A stretch of DNA of 44,232 nucleotides from positions 28,754,680-28,798,911 of the forward strand of contig NC_068995.1 in NCBI RefSeq assembly GCF_001194135.2, written 5' to 3'. This DNA is from Octopus bimaculoides. Taxonomy: Eukaryota. Positions 12,289 to 25,083 of the stretch are shown piece after piece (position 1 is the stretch's first letter; every line of letters starts with the position of its first letter). The position numbers and the translations under genes are program-made. The notes beneath the pieces are model-generated. The model did no database searches and had not been told where the DNA came from. It saw only the letters and a program-made list of their open reading frames with translations.

Positions 12289-14851
12289 TCAAGAGTAGAC
12301 TTGTTGAAATATTTTTTCTCTTCTCCTTCAGCCACCATTTCTGTCACTGGCAGTCCGAACCCATTCTCAAGTCACCAACTCAACTTCTGCATCATCTGTT
12401 GCATTTTCCAGTCTTGCGAACAGCCCCTTAAATTAATTAATTATGTTACTTAAGAATAGTTCTTAATGTGAGGATAACAAATGCACTCACGTCCATTTAC
12501 TCACGTACTCTTCACTAAGGCAAAAATCCACTAGCATAAATTACATGGATTTGACTAGCTCTACAGTTGAAAACAGATACAAAGTGAAAGCTTCACATTC
12601 ATAAATGTTCAATACTGTTTAGTAGTCAGAACCTACTAAAGCTAGTACAACCCACCCACCACACAGTCTTGCTAAAGCAGTGCTCAAAGTGAATATTAAT
12701 ATCATCATATGCCCAGACCAGGGCCATTTTCAGTCCAGTGACTGCAAAAAAATGCAGTCATTTTCAATACACTATGAGCAAATGATAAAATATATACTCA
12801 AATGTAAAGCAAAATGTAGAATAATAACCTTGTTGTCAAACATCAAAAACAATTAACTGGATTCCTGCGGGTTTTTAAAAAGAAAATTCAAGGGTTTTCA
12901 AGGTTTTTCAAGGGTATTTTCAAGCTAAATTCAAGGAGCATCACGACCACTCCACAAAACATTCAAAGGTTTCCAAGGACATCCTTCTGATAAAACAAAA
13001 CTATTTACACTACTTAGATTCTAAAATCATATTGTTTAAATATCGCCCAATCTATTTCCTCACGTTGTTACAGGTAGCATGGAAACATTGCAAATATGAA
13101 TTCAGACTGCTGGTTTAAGTAGAACATTTTCCTTTTGTTTTAGTGATAGAGTGATAAATTTGGGTTGGCAAATATAAGACACCAGAAAGATAGGTGCACA
13201 ACGTCAATTTCAGCATCTAGGTTATTTTGTGACGAACACTTGTCAAATTGTTTATGCATATGATGTCCAACTGCCAATTGTTGACTTACCTTATTTTCTC
13301 AGTAAGACAGAACTAGTAAACCAGAGTATACAAGCACCATATTACTTTCTGAGGTTCCTGCTGGGACCTTAATCAAATAATCATTTCAACTGAATATCAG
13401 GTTGATGCGTTTAAATATTTTTAATTACTATACATTCAAAACAAACCAAATCTGAGATTATGAGTACCGAGATGAGCACACAATGATGGGTGTGAGTTTC
13501 TTTGGTGTGTGTGTGGGATATGGAAACACACGTATGTGAAGAATGAAGGAAGCAATAGTCACATCTAAGTAGACAGATCAGTTAGAGAGGGGCTGAGAGG
13601 TTATTGATGAACCAGCAGATAAAACCTTCAAAATGTAAAATGTACAACTTACCATGTTGTCTTGAACTGCACCATCACTTAACTCAGCTTCCAAAGCCTC
13701 AACATCCTCTTGACACTCACAAGGGAAATGAATTGTGTCGGGTAGATTTCTTGTCTCCGAAATGGAGGATGAGGATGGAATATTTTAAATTAGCTCCAGT
13801 ATAGACTGCAGCATTTCCCTTTGCTGGGACCGTTCCTCTCGAATTCTTTCAATTGCGGTGAATAGCCGCTGAATCCCGAAGTGAAAATAGAAAATAGGGA
13901 AAAAAGTTACGAAATACTTGCTGAATATGACACTACTAGTTTACAGATATACTGAAAATATATATAATCAACAATAATCTAATTTCACATTTGCTTTCCG
14001 GAATTGGAGAGATCGCTAAACCAACAATCAACTATCTGTGGTCTTATATAAGGTATAGTGTAACACTAATATTTATTTGCCATTTCTAGTTTGCTGTCAT
14101 TAGGGGTAGGGGTTTCATATTCCAGAAATGGTAATTATGATACCTATTTAACAGGGAAGTGGCACCTTATTTCAGTGCCCCTAGGGCCTCTAGAATAGTA
14201 AAAGACACCAAAGTTAATATTACAGTATTATATTCCTCACGCTAATACAAGCAAAGATTTTGTACCTCTTCACCCAAAAGAGAAAACGTCCGACACGGAA
14301 ACGTTGTGGCTATCTGAAGCTAAAACTTATGCTATCCTCACACAAATATCAACAGACCAGTTAGGATGATTTATACGATTTATTGTTTTTAAGTAATCCT
14401 TTTGAAACAAGATAGGTCAAATTGATAAAATTCTTGAAAATGTGTTTTTTCTTTTGACTCCACCCTCATTTACCTGCCAGTTATTTCTTTAGCATATATT
14501 TCAAACATGGCTTTCCATGGAATGATCCCAAGAGCTGCTTTCAAACACAAAATGTCTTATTTTTCTGTTTATAAATAAATTTGAAACCACTTTCCACATA
14601 TCCTCAAGTATACCGATGATATAATATTGACTTACCATGTAACAACTGTTAAGATTATCCCGACAAGTTCGGAGGAGCTACATATGCACTTCTTTCTTTT
14701 GGCGTATTGTGAATGCCAGTTGGTTGTGGTTATTTACATGACTCTAAAGAAGACAAGTGGGGTTGAGATGCTCTCTCCTTTGGAAACTGAACGACAGGAA
14801 GTGGCTTTTGAAGCGTCCGTCTCTGATACTCAGAATCATCATCTGTGACAA
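12289..14851 (-). pseudogene. Spliced DUF4806 (BEN-like) domain pseudogene; exons ~14851-14636, 13868-13653, 13389-13290, 12426-12289
   Basis: All exons have AG acceptors, and the first three have GTAAG donors. Exon 13868-13653 is 216 nt, phase 0-0: RLFTAIERIREERSQQREMLQSILELI*NIPSSSSISETRNLPDTIHFPCECQEDVEALEAELSDGAVQDNM. The last exon reads AVRK..ENATDDAEVELVT*EWVRTASDRNGG*RRREK, matching the DUF4806 C-terminal pattern AVR...AT..EVE..I..W...A.DR.GGR. Stops and frameshifts are present. Confidence 0.65.
12858..12990. repeat. Short TTCAAGG-motif repeat cluster, probably a non-autonomous DNA-transposon subterminal remnant
   Basis: About six TTCAAG(G) units within ~130 bp, inside a predicted intron. 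Confidence 0.4.
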
Positions 14852-16049
14852 CTGGTGCCCCGTACAAAATGAAATGAAAAATAAACAGGGAACAACATGT
14901 ATTTCCCTTCACACAGTGAATTACATTGGTATATGTTTGTCAATACATAGCCTTAGAACACATTGCAACTCATACAAATGTTTATGAGCCTCAAACTTGT
15001 AGTGCTATTTATGGACATGTCTGACAGCCTACCTGCAATTTCATCTAAAATGAAAGGTGAATGGTGAGTGGGGACTCATAGTTTTATATGGGGTGTCCTC
15101 GGGGACTAATATTCAGCACCATTTCCAATGCAAATAATAAATTCAGCAAACATGGGGTGATCCTAGCCGTCAGATATGTTGATATACCTCAAGACATAAA
15201 ATAAACGAATATCTAAAAGGGATTCTCTAGTTATACTAATTATTAAAGAACTGTCTGTTTGAAATCTGTAGACAGGCTATCTGTAGCTCTCCTAATGATA
15301 TCCATTTCTGTAGGGTTTCATTGAGAAATTTGAAATATATTTTGCGCTGTGGTGGGTTTATGTTGTTTTATTGTCTATTTGTTTTTGGTTAGACGCATCA
15401 AAACGAATAACCTGTCAAATGATGATAACCACTCGATTATTAGCTTTAAATATAAACGCCATGATGTTTGTTGATGCTTAAAAAAAATCGATTTTAGCAA
15501 CTTCTTTCATTCCATTTTAACATACTTTAAATTAAAAATGTGTCGGTTTGGATCCAAGTTTTCAAAATGACGCGCACTATTCTGCACTGAAACATACCAT
15601 TCGCAATTAATTGTCTGAAGTCAAATGACTTTAAATTTTCCCATACATTATATTAAAATGGCAAAATTTAAAAGCGCTTTTAGTCTTATTTATGACACTA
15701 GATAAATCACGTGCTTTTTTAATCCTAACTTTCGACAGGTATATTGAATTTCCCTGCTTTCGATGTGGAAAATATAAGGATTGCATTTTGAGTTGCTTCC
15801 CCTGTCCCTGCTTGGAACACAAGGATATTCCGTGTCCAGCTGCAGTACGACAGCAATCTGATCTGCCCGATGTTGGAGTACCGTTAAAAAAAATACTGCT
15901 ACAAATACAATTTTTTTTACATGGCCGATGATAGCAGTAAATGGAACTGACAATGAGAATGCACAACGTAAAATAACAATCGGCAAAAAATTACCGATAT
16001 TCCGCTGTTCACCTGATATAGGCCTGACATGGTCATGCTGGCTTGGTAT

Positions 16050-16272
16050 ATATCTATGTGTGTGTCTTTGCGCCTGTGTTTGTCCACCCCACCGCTTCAT
16101 AACTGGTGTTGTTTTTATTTACGTACCTGTGACATAGTGGTTCAGCGAAAGTGACGATAGAATAAGTACCAAGCTTAAAAAATAAGTCTTGGGGGTCGAT
16201 TTATGCAAGTAAAATATTCTCCAAGGCGGTTCCCTGGCATGGCTGCATTACTGAAACAAGTAAAAGATAAAA
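16050..16272 (+). mobile_element. tRNA-headed SINE, 3' half
   Basis: TAGTGGTTCAGCGAAAG..GATAGAATAAGTACC...GGGGTCGATT...GCATGGCTGC..CTGAAACAAGTAAAAGA. Confidence 0.8.
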
Positions 16273-17459
16273 GTTATCTAATTTAAGCAAATTCTTAAGA
16301 ATACCAAATACATTACAACTACTTTTAATTTATATCAAATATTTTTATAAAGAACGTAAATGTCATAAAATTTACAAAATATCATACGATTAATCTTGAA
16401 TTCATCAAACATCTTAAAAATTTGCTTACACAATAAACACCACCTTGAAATTTTTCAAATATCTTTATAAATTACCTTAAATTTATCGAATACTTTAACA
16501 GCGAAATATTTAATTCATAAACAAGTGACTTACACATAATAATTAGCAGCAAAACCCAGGGCAAATTGTGAAGTACATGAATTAAAGACTGAAAAAAGAG
16601 AAAAAAAAGATAAGGTGAAGTCCTCCGAAGAAACTGACTGAGGAAGAAAAAAGTAATTGTATGACAAACCGGAAGAGAGAGAAAATGAAAGTAATATTTG
16701 GTCAGCTGTATGTCATGCTAGAGTGGTATATGAGGAAGTTGGTTTTAGAAGAATGAAGAGGAGATATGGTAAAGGTGGCATGCTGAAAGGAAGTGCATGA
16801 GGTATGTTTTGTGCGTGCATTAGCAAACAGAAAATTGAGTTGGGTTAATGTTGGGCAAGTGTAAGCGCATTTGAAGAAAGTGTATAGTGCATACGAAAGA
16901 AAGAGATTTGTTAAATAAGCGTGGGTATTTTTTGTTAGGAATAAGGAAAACTTTATTAACACAAATCAACCAAAAGAAATTGACCGTCGGATACCCCAGT
17001 ATCTGTGAGACCTCACGAAAACAATAGAGAAAAAGCTACACAGAGGAAAACGACAGAAACAGCAAACATCCGATAACTATGATTCAGTTTACTGTTATAT
17101 GAACTTCAACCACCTAAATGCACGGACACAGACATAACCATGATTGCGTCCGGTTAAAATATTTTGGTATTAATTTCACATTAACGATATGCCGCAATCG
17201 TATACATTCACAAAGAAGAAATATATGTTTTGTTATAATTTTGTTACAGTTTGTTTTTCTTTTCTGTGCATCATGACTATGCTTCAAACGTTTGAAACGT
17301 ATTGTGAGTTTATCTTGCATTGTTTGCTACCACATACGTGACTTATGCGGTATTTAGTCAACTTTGAAAGTTGTTTCTGCTTGTAGTGCTTTATATTTTG
17401 TATTTAATATTAATTTTCAGAATATAAAAAATATGCATATATAAATGGAAAAAAATTCT

Positions 17460-17625
17460 AATGAAGAATCATATCAGTGAGGAATGTGGATCCGAATATG
17501 AGCAAAATTTAAATGAGAAAAATAGCTCTGCAAAGAGTATTAAAATTCAACCTAATCGCAAATGAGCGAGTTATTTAAGCTTTGGTTTTACCGAGACTAG
17601 CAACGAAGATAATCTTTTACAATAT
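17460..17625 (+). mobile_element. Possible hAT Charlie/Buster-type transposase N-terminal fragment
   Basis: QPNRK*ASYLSFGFT...LQ resembles the RKY..SYL.FGFT...PQC motif that precedes the BED finger. The match is short and decayed. Confidence 0.4.
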
Positions 17626-17789
17626 GTTTATTATATGGAAATAAGGGACAAGCACAATAATTTTGATATAACAATGGGATTAATAGATTCGGTGCAAGAT
17701 ACAAATCTCGGGGATAGATACATACTATAATGCATCAAAAATGAATTCCAAAAAATGAAGGTAGTCTATATAGTGATGATGTTCTCTTT

Positions 17790-19260
17790 ACATTCCGTAA
17801 ATGTAGTAACGTGGAGTTAGAGGGGAAACTGGAAAAAGTTTATTATTTTTTAGAACATAAGATTTTCTATTACTGTAGGTACTAATTCTAATGCGGTAAA
17901 TTTTCTCATTTATGCGATTGGATTTGAATACAGGTCTCTATCGACTTTATCATATAAACCTAATAAAATTTTACATTACATAAATCGACATTCTAACTAT
18001 CCTCGAGCAGTGATAAACTGTTTTATCAGTGGCGTCTCGTCTAGAATATTTACACTATTTACCAATGAGGAAATTTTCTCTCGGTGTACCGATTACTACA
18101 ACAGTTTTAGTAAAAACTGAATATATTGATAACATTGAGAACATTCTTAATAAAGTCATTGATATTCCACCTAGAGTTGGTTGTTTGTACAACCACTCAC
18201 TCACCGCACAGGGTATATGCGTAAATACACTGTAAATCTTAATTACAGTGACAATGGAAATGGATGGGGCTTTAAAACTATTGATTGCAGCATCAGGTAT
18301 GCGCCTGGGTTTAATGGAAACATTTGTAAATCCAAAGTTGGAACAGCAGTCTTCAGTCATATTTATAGATTAAAGAAATACGTGATCCAAACACCCTTAA
18401 ATCTTTTCTTCGAAACCAACATCCGAATCCTTATAGCTGCAATAGCCGACATGTAACCAATGCGGGTAAAAGAATTAAACATAAGAATGCTAATTTGAGT
18501 AAAAGTCGTATCTACAATACCTGTGCGGGGCGGATTACTCACCGCAACAACAAGAATGGAACACGTGGGTTGCATAAGCAGAATAGAATCACCACCACGA
18601 CTACCACAACCACCACGACCACCACAACCACCACGACCACCACCGCTTTCGGACTTTAGGTGACTACAGGATACTTCCGCAATCTTTTACCGAACACAGG
18701 AAAACCACTTTCCTTCTTGAAGTAAAAAATATCGTAAGTAATTCAATAAACACAGTTAAATTTTCACATTCCACCATATCTATTTTATTTGATAATATTG
18801 CCGCTATTAATGAAAAGAAATTAAAACAATATTAGAAATTAAGTGTGAGATCTAATTATTCCGTTAGCTGGTTTGACACTAGCTCTTGGGTTAGTAATGT
18901 ATCTCGACCTAACAAATATTACTATTGATTATAAGCCTCTTCGTAACAAAAGCTTTAGCAACCATATAACATCGTTACCTAATAAACCTGATAGTATGTC
19001 TAACTGGTGAAATCGATATAATTATCCTTTGAATAGCCAGAGTCTCAGAAGAAATGTATACAAATGTTTCCTCCAGACACCCAATAAATTATACGACTAT
19101 ATTGCTGCTACAGCGTCAAAATTAAAATCGAGATGAAATAATCACATAAATTCTTTTAATAATGGTAGTAAATTAATTGATAAATAACCAGCAAAATATA
19201 TTTGGGACTTAAAACATTGAAAAATTAATTGCTCTATTTCGTAGTCAGAACTTTCGTTCT
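17790..19260 (+). mobile_element. Penelope-like element (Naiad-type) thumb, linker and GIY-YIG, decayed and interrupted by an (ACC)n tract
   Basis: LDLNTGLYR..KPNKILHYINRHSNYPRAVI...NEEIF..YYN; KSKVGTAVF...FFETNIRI-SYSC; YPLNSQ..RNVYKC...YDYIAATASKLKSR*NNHINSF...KYIWDLK. Confidence 0.65.
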
Positions 19261-21989
19261 GTAGGAACTTCTAGGGGAAGTTGTATGGAGACATCCGAAG
19301 ATATAAAATGTAAAAAAAAAAAACAAAAAAAAAACTGATAGCGAAAGAGTGGCGGTAGCAGACCAGGTGCGACTGCTGCCGCTCGCCGCCCTAACTGATA
19401 AACGTAATGTGTTGTTGGTCCGTTTTCACACCAGTATCATAAAACATTTTAAAAAACTCCATGTAGATATTATAAAAAGTTATACGTTTCTACCGATCGC
19501 ATTTCAACTTTCACTGTTACTATTTTTTTCTTCTGATCTTACCATACATATAGACCGATAACCCTTTTATCCTTTATATAAATATTAATCATTTTCAGGA
19601 ATATTAGTAAATGACTAAAATATAGTTTATCTTAATGATTCCCGTTTCAGCTTCTGTCTTCCTTCTGTAACTGGCTCAGTACATTGTAATAATTTTATTG
19701 TTTTATTTATATTCTACTACATTATTATATTACATTATTGTATTGTTACATTTTGATTATTACTAAGCCCCGTTATTTCTATCTTTCTATTCTTCATAAC
19801 CCCTTTTTTGCATTTTTCTATGTCGTTTCCTCTCCCTCATTCACTTACTCTTTCTTCCCCATCTTATTAGCCTTCTTTCGTTGATGTTACTCTTGGCACA
19901 CTTGTTCTCCTAATGAAGGTGAATTCCTCCATTCTTGTACAGAGAGCCTACTATATTGTCCATTTTATCTCGCTTAAGCTATTGGGCTCGACGTCACAAT
20001 CTATGTAGTATAATATGCCTTTCTATCTGTTCAATCATTTTGCCTCACTACGTTATAAACTGCCCCCACATGGAGTCTTTTAAGAACCATAACAATGCAC
20101 GTTGAATCTTGTTACATGACTTAAAGGTCTTGATGAAATGACTGGTGGGGTTATATTTAAAATTGCATGATGTTGCATAATCATCGTTTATATTTGTTCC
20201 AACACATAGCAATGCACGCACAGCACACCGTCGCTCTCTCTCTCTTTCACACACATAAACATACACACACAGCGTAACTCGAACATTTTATGCGTTCACA
20301 TTATCTATCTACTACCAATATACCAACGGGTATTTTTTATATTTTTTGACAAAATATTGTAGGTTAATAGTTTTTTTGTTTCAGCTTTATACTAGTCATT
20401 TGCAAAAGGTTTGGACTTTAAAACACCGCGGGTGTGATTAAAGAATTGTTAAGAAAATGTAATCTATTTTGATATATTTGTAAATACTTAAGTTGATTTA
20501 GTAGACAATATATTTTGATAGTATTACACATCTTGTTCTATTAATTTTGCTTATGAAAAACCTGTGGTTGATATGTGTTGGGCTGTAAATGTAATTAAGC
20601 AAGCCGATTCGTCAGTACATTAAATTTCCACTTTTGACTCATACTATTGATAAATGTTAAAAATCCTAATCTGTATAAGTGAAACGTTGAAAATTGTAAT
20701 AAAATTTTGAAAGATATTCTTTAATGCCTTTCAAAGGGCATTTCATTATATTTGGACTTCCATACAACCTGTGGATATAGCCGCTAGTTCTTTGTCTGCC
20801 AATATCAATATTTAGTTTGCAACTTCAATGAGATATTTACAAATTTAGCGTAGGCTCGAAACGTTAAAGACTTTTCACTTCCCGAACGTTAAACTAATAT
20901 ATCTGTTTGTTGTCTACACCACCTGTCTTCATCTTTTGTTGTTTTGTGAATTCTCCCCTACTTATATATTTATATACAAATATATATACGTATATGTGTA
21001 CATATACATATATATGTACTTATTCATATCTATACAAATTTGCATATATATATATATATATANNNNNNNNNNNNNNNNNNNNNNNNNNNNNNNNNNNNNN
21101 NNNNNNNNNNNNNNNNNNNNNNNNNNNNNNNNNNNNNNNNNNNNNNNNNNNNNNNNNNNNNNNNNNNNNNNNNNNNNNNNNNNNNNNNNNNNNNNNNNNN
21201 NNNNNNNNNNNNNNNNNNNNNNNNNNNNNNNNNNNNNNNNNNNNNNNNNNNNNNNNNNNNNNNNNNNNNNNNNNNNNNNNNNNNNNNNNNNNNNNNNNNN
21301 NNNNNNNNNNNNNNNNNNNNNNNNNNNNNNNNNNNNNNNNNNNNNNNNNNNNNNNNNNNNNNNNNNNNNNNNNNNNNNNNNNNNNNNNNNNNNNNNNNNN
21401 NNNNNNNNNNNNNNNNNNNNNNNNNNNNNNNNNNNNNNNNNNNNNNNNNNNNNNNNNNNNNNNNNNNNNNNNNNNNNNNNNNNNNNNNNNNNNNNNNNNN
21501 NNNNNNNNNNNNNNNNNNNNNNNNNNNNNNNNNNNNNNNNNNNNNNNNNNNNNNNNNNNNNNNNNNNNNNNNNNNNNNNNNNNNNNNNNNNNNNNNNNNN
21601 NNNNNNNNNNNNNNNNNNNNNNNNNNNNNNNNNNNNNNNNNNNNNNNNNNNNNNNNNNNNNNNNNNNNNNNNNNNNNNNNNNNNNNNNNNNNNNNNNNNN
21701 NNNNNNNNNNNNNCAATTACGTAAGTAATTAACAATGAAACCAGTCTATGATTAATTCTTTATATTTTGTATCTTTTCATTTGTCTTGCTCGCTTACGTT
21801 CTGGTGTTTGCTGAATTTTCTTGAGAACAATCTTTTCTTAGTGGTCAGATCGTAGGTGATCTACTTCTAGCATAATGGATGTCCACTGAGTGGTTATCCC
21901 TCTTATATGTATATTATATATGTATGTGTATGTATGTATATATGTATGTGTATGTATGTATATATGTATATATATGTATGTGTGTGTAT

Positions 21990-22204
21990 ATGTTTGTGTG
22001 TTTGTATTTGTTCCCCAACATCGCATGTCAACCGATGCTGGTGTGTTTACGTCGCTGTAACTTAGCGGTTCGACAAAAGATATCGATAGAATGAGTACTA
22101 GGCTTACAAAGAATAAGTCCTGGGGTCGATTTCTTCGACTTAAGGTGGTTCTTCAGCATGGCCACAGTCAAATGACTGAAACAAGTAAAAGAGTAAAAGA
22201 GTAA
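21990..22204 (+). mobile_element. tRNA-headed SINE, 3' half
   Basis: CTTAGCGGTTCGACAAAAG..CGATAGAATGAGTACTAGGCTTACAAAGAATAAGTCCTGGGGTCGAT...GTAAAAGAGTAAAAGAGTA. Confidence 0.85.
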
Positions 22205-22229
22205 ATGTAGGATCCAGTCATCTACGTTC

Positions 22230-23420
22230 GATAATGCGGTAATATGGGGATTAGTTAAGAATATTTCTACAAAAATTTCCAGATTATCCGGTAATAAAGG
22301 AAAAAAAAACCTTATAATACTGCTTTAGATAGGGCTGGATACCGTGAGAAAATTCATCAATTCTTCCAATAATAATACACATTGTACACCATCACAACAT
22401 TACGGTATGCGAACTGACTCAGATCGAGAATAAAGGCCAGGAAGAATTCGTCATGGCAATAAACTACTAACCAAAAACGCATAAACACACACACGATGCA
22501 ATAATTCTATTGCTCATAATACAGTAAATTGTTCCAATTCAATACAACACACTAGATCAAATAAGCCAAGTAACAAATATAAGAATCATGATGTCCTCTG
22601 GTACAACTCAATCTTCAGTTCACGTTTCAACAAAGATCACTGGGAAATTCTTTGCCGCTTTAGACAGATGTTTCCCTATACCAAATAGATACCATGCTAT
22701 TTTAATCGACACACCGTGAATGTATTTTACGCTAACTCTATTAATTTAGAGCAGCATATGCACCGCATAAGCAATAGTAAAATGAAACAACAGTTTAATA
22801 ACCCACCTACTGGACCCAGCAAACATAGGCATCAAAATACCAACAAAGGAGATGTAAACTGCAATGAAAAGCACCAATTAAAGCCAAATCGTGATGGTAG
22901 AAATGCTTGCGATATAGCTAACACGGTAACAACGTCGGAAAATGAAGTCAGAACTGCCATATATACAAATAGATATTATATATGCTCATGCAGAGAAAAA
23001 TCAAAATACCCATTGATGAATCTCTGCATGAATACAAATCTTGTATATAAATGTACCGTGCACACAAGGGAAAAGATGTATGTTTACATTGGGCAAACGG
23101 CTGATTCATTCAAAAATCGTTATCGCAACGATGTCGCCAGCTTCAGAAAGATCAATAAGAAACAGTCAACATCTTTGGCCCATTTTGTGTGGCGACTTAA
23201 GGAAGATCAAATTAAGTGTAACACAACTTGGTCCATATTGAGGCACGCAAAACCATATGATATCATTTCCAGGAGTACCGACTCTGCTCCGCGGAATCCC
23301 CTATCTATTCTGTGGACCAATGAAAAGTTCCTTAATAGAATTTCTGAAAGACTTTCAAGATGCCTACATGCATCTAAGTGTACTTTCGCACGATGGAGTA
23401 GGAATGAATTTGAGTAGCTG
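22230..23420 (+). mobile_element. Penelope-like element (Naiad-type) 3' portion, including open GIY-YIG frame 22716-23417
   Basis: LWYNS...LDRCFP...FNRHTVNVFY; CSCREKSKYPLMNLC; VYKCTV...YVYIGQTADSFKNRY..D..SF...TSLAHFVWRLK...TWSIL..AKPY...CLH. Confidence 0.85.
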
Positions 23421-23939
23421 TTAACGTAATTTACCTTAAGTTATAGATGAATTAAGTTTAGCTTTAACCTCTCCCCTACTACCATTCTCATACACAAGTA
23501 GCTATTTAACTCACTATGTGAACGTATGTGCGCAAAACCACACGTATGCGTATACTTGCATCTTCGCAGTTGCTTGTATGAGCGAGTGTACATGCGCCCT
23601 ACAACTTACGCGAGGGCGTTTATGCATCCATATCCGTTAACGGTTATTTTAAATGCTTTTCTCGCTGTATTGTGTGTTAATTTCTCTTTTGCATCTGTTA
23701 TCTTATTATTGATCTTCTATATTAGTGAAGTTATATCCTTTAATTTGTTGCTTTTCTTTACACGAACCGAGAAGATACATTGCAGAACTATTATTTTAAT
23801 TCGTTATATCTATTTATCTCTCGTCGGATGCTCCTGAACCGGTTAAGTATTCCATCTGTGAGGGATCGATGCTAAATGTGTCGAAACGATTGTAGTGATT
23901 AATAAAAATAATCGTATCTTCCATCCTCCGTCTCCTATT

Positions 23940-23982
<43 letters not shown>

Positions 23983-23992
23983 NNNNNNNNNN

Positions 23993-24032
<40 letters not shown>

Positions 24033-25083
24033 TAGGTATATAAATGTGTTTCTGAAATCAAGTATGCATATTTTATAGATGAACAAACGTACATATCTGT
24101 AGGTATGTATATACGTTATGTATATGTTTACGTGTTTACGCACGTATGTTAATATCATTGTATTATATGAATAATCAGATTGAATCCAACGCAAGTGGAG
24201 AGATGAGAAAGCTGAGGGATTTTCTTGTCTTTGCTTTGAGAGGCTGTGTGCAGCAGAGACTCACCGCCATCTCCTCCCCACTCCCGACACAAATACCGCT
24301 GACATCTGATGTTTATTTATACAAGGTTTCTCTAGAATCACTAATTATTTTTGACATCAGTGTGGCCAACGTCACAACCGCCTTCCTTACCCTCCCCATT
24401 ACCACCACCTACACTCGAATACTGTAACAGAACAATAAGAGCAACAATAACAGTTACAACAGTAATTACCATGAATAATAATATTAACAACAACAACGAC
24501 GACGATGGTAACTAAAACAACAACAATTATAATGTTCATAGGAACGTACAATGAAGGAAGAACAAAAAGAAGAACAAAAGAAAAAAAAGAAAAGAGAAAG
24601 AGGAGGAGGGGTAGGGGTAGGAGAGGTGGAGGGAAAAGGGGAGGGGAGGAGGTTGGGAAAAGAGAAAGTGTTTGATATGAGTGAGTTTTGCCATCATAGA
24701 TAAACAAAGAGAAAATATACCAAAATAATCAACAACAGCCCCTCTACTCCAAAAAGGAAAAATATGCCAGGACTGAAAAACTTTCTAGAAAAAGCAATAC
24801 TTCAAAAATTCTCCGATTTTAATACACAAATTTCTGTTGGCGCTTCCTCTGCATCAACTGCAATAAATATATATGTATGTGTGTATGTCTCTNNNNNNNN
24901 NNNNNNNNNNNNNNNNNNNNNNNNNNNNNNNNNNNNNNNNNNNNNNNNNNNNNNNNNNNNNNNNNNNNNNNNNNNNNNNNNNNNNNNNNNNNNNNNNNNN
25001 NNNNNNNNNNNNNNNNNNNNNNNNNNNNNNNNNNNNNNNNNNNNNNNNNNNNNNNNNNNNNNNNNNNNNNNNNNNNNNNNNNN

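Larger units (their letters stand above)
11224..16042. mobile_element. Putative decayed DNA transposon enclosing the DUF4806-like gene (CMC/EnSpm-like, tentative)
   Basis: ACATCGG/ACATCAG motifs cluster at 11224-11438, and inverted CCGATGT/CCGATAT/CTGATAT motifs cluster at 15867-16019. The right side ends ...TGCTGG at ~16041. The left terminus is hidden in a gap. No transposase was recognised. Confidence 0.3.

Noticed and set aside
15692-15931. Cys-rich ORF as a transposase or zinc-finger N-terminus
   Set aside because: It is short, the Cys spacing matches no family I recognise, and no catalytic domain follows.
18181-18456. ORF resembling a discoidin (YSDNGNGW), EGF (APGFNGNIC) or cadherin fragment
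   Set aside because: It is better explained as the decayed Naiad linker (WFNPPF..KTN.G..F...IFN.N..K.SYSC pattern) lying in order between thumb and GIY-YIG fragments.
20300-20900. Possible additional decayed retroelement on either strand
   Set aside because: I could not recover diagnostic motifs; only a short GCTCGAAACGTT repeat-like end near 20855 is visible.
6190-23420. In-frame TGA codons in Naiad-type fragments as possible selenocysteine
   Set aside because: The TGAs I checked fall at Trp or Arg positions (for example SCV*CLK near 6490 and NW*NR near 19005), not at conserved Cys. Copies also have other stops and frameshifts, and I recognised no SECIS.
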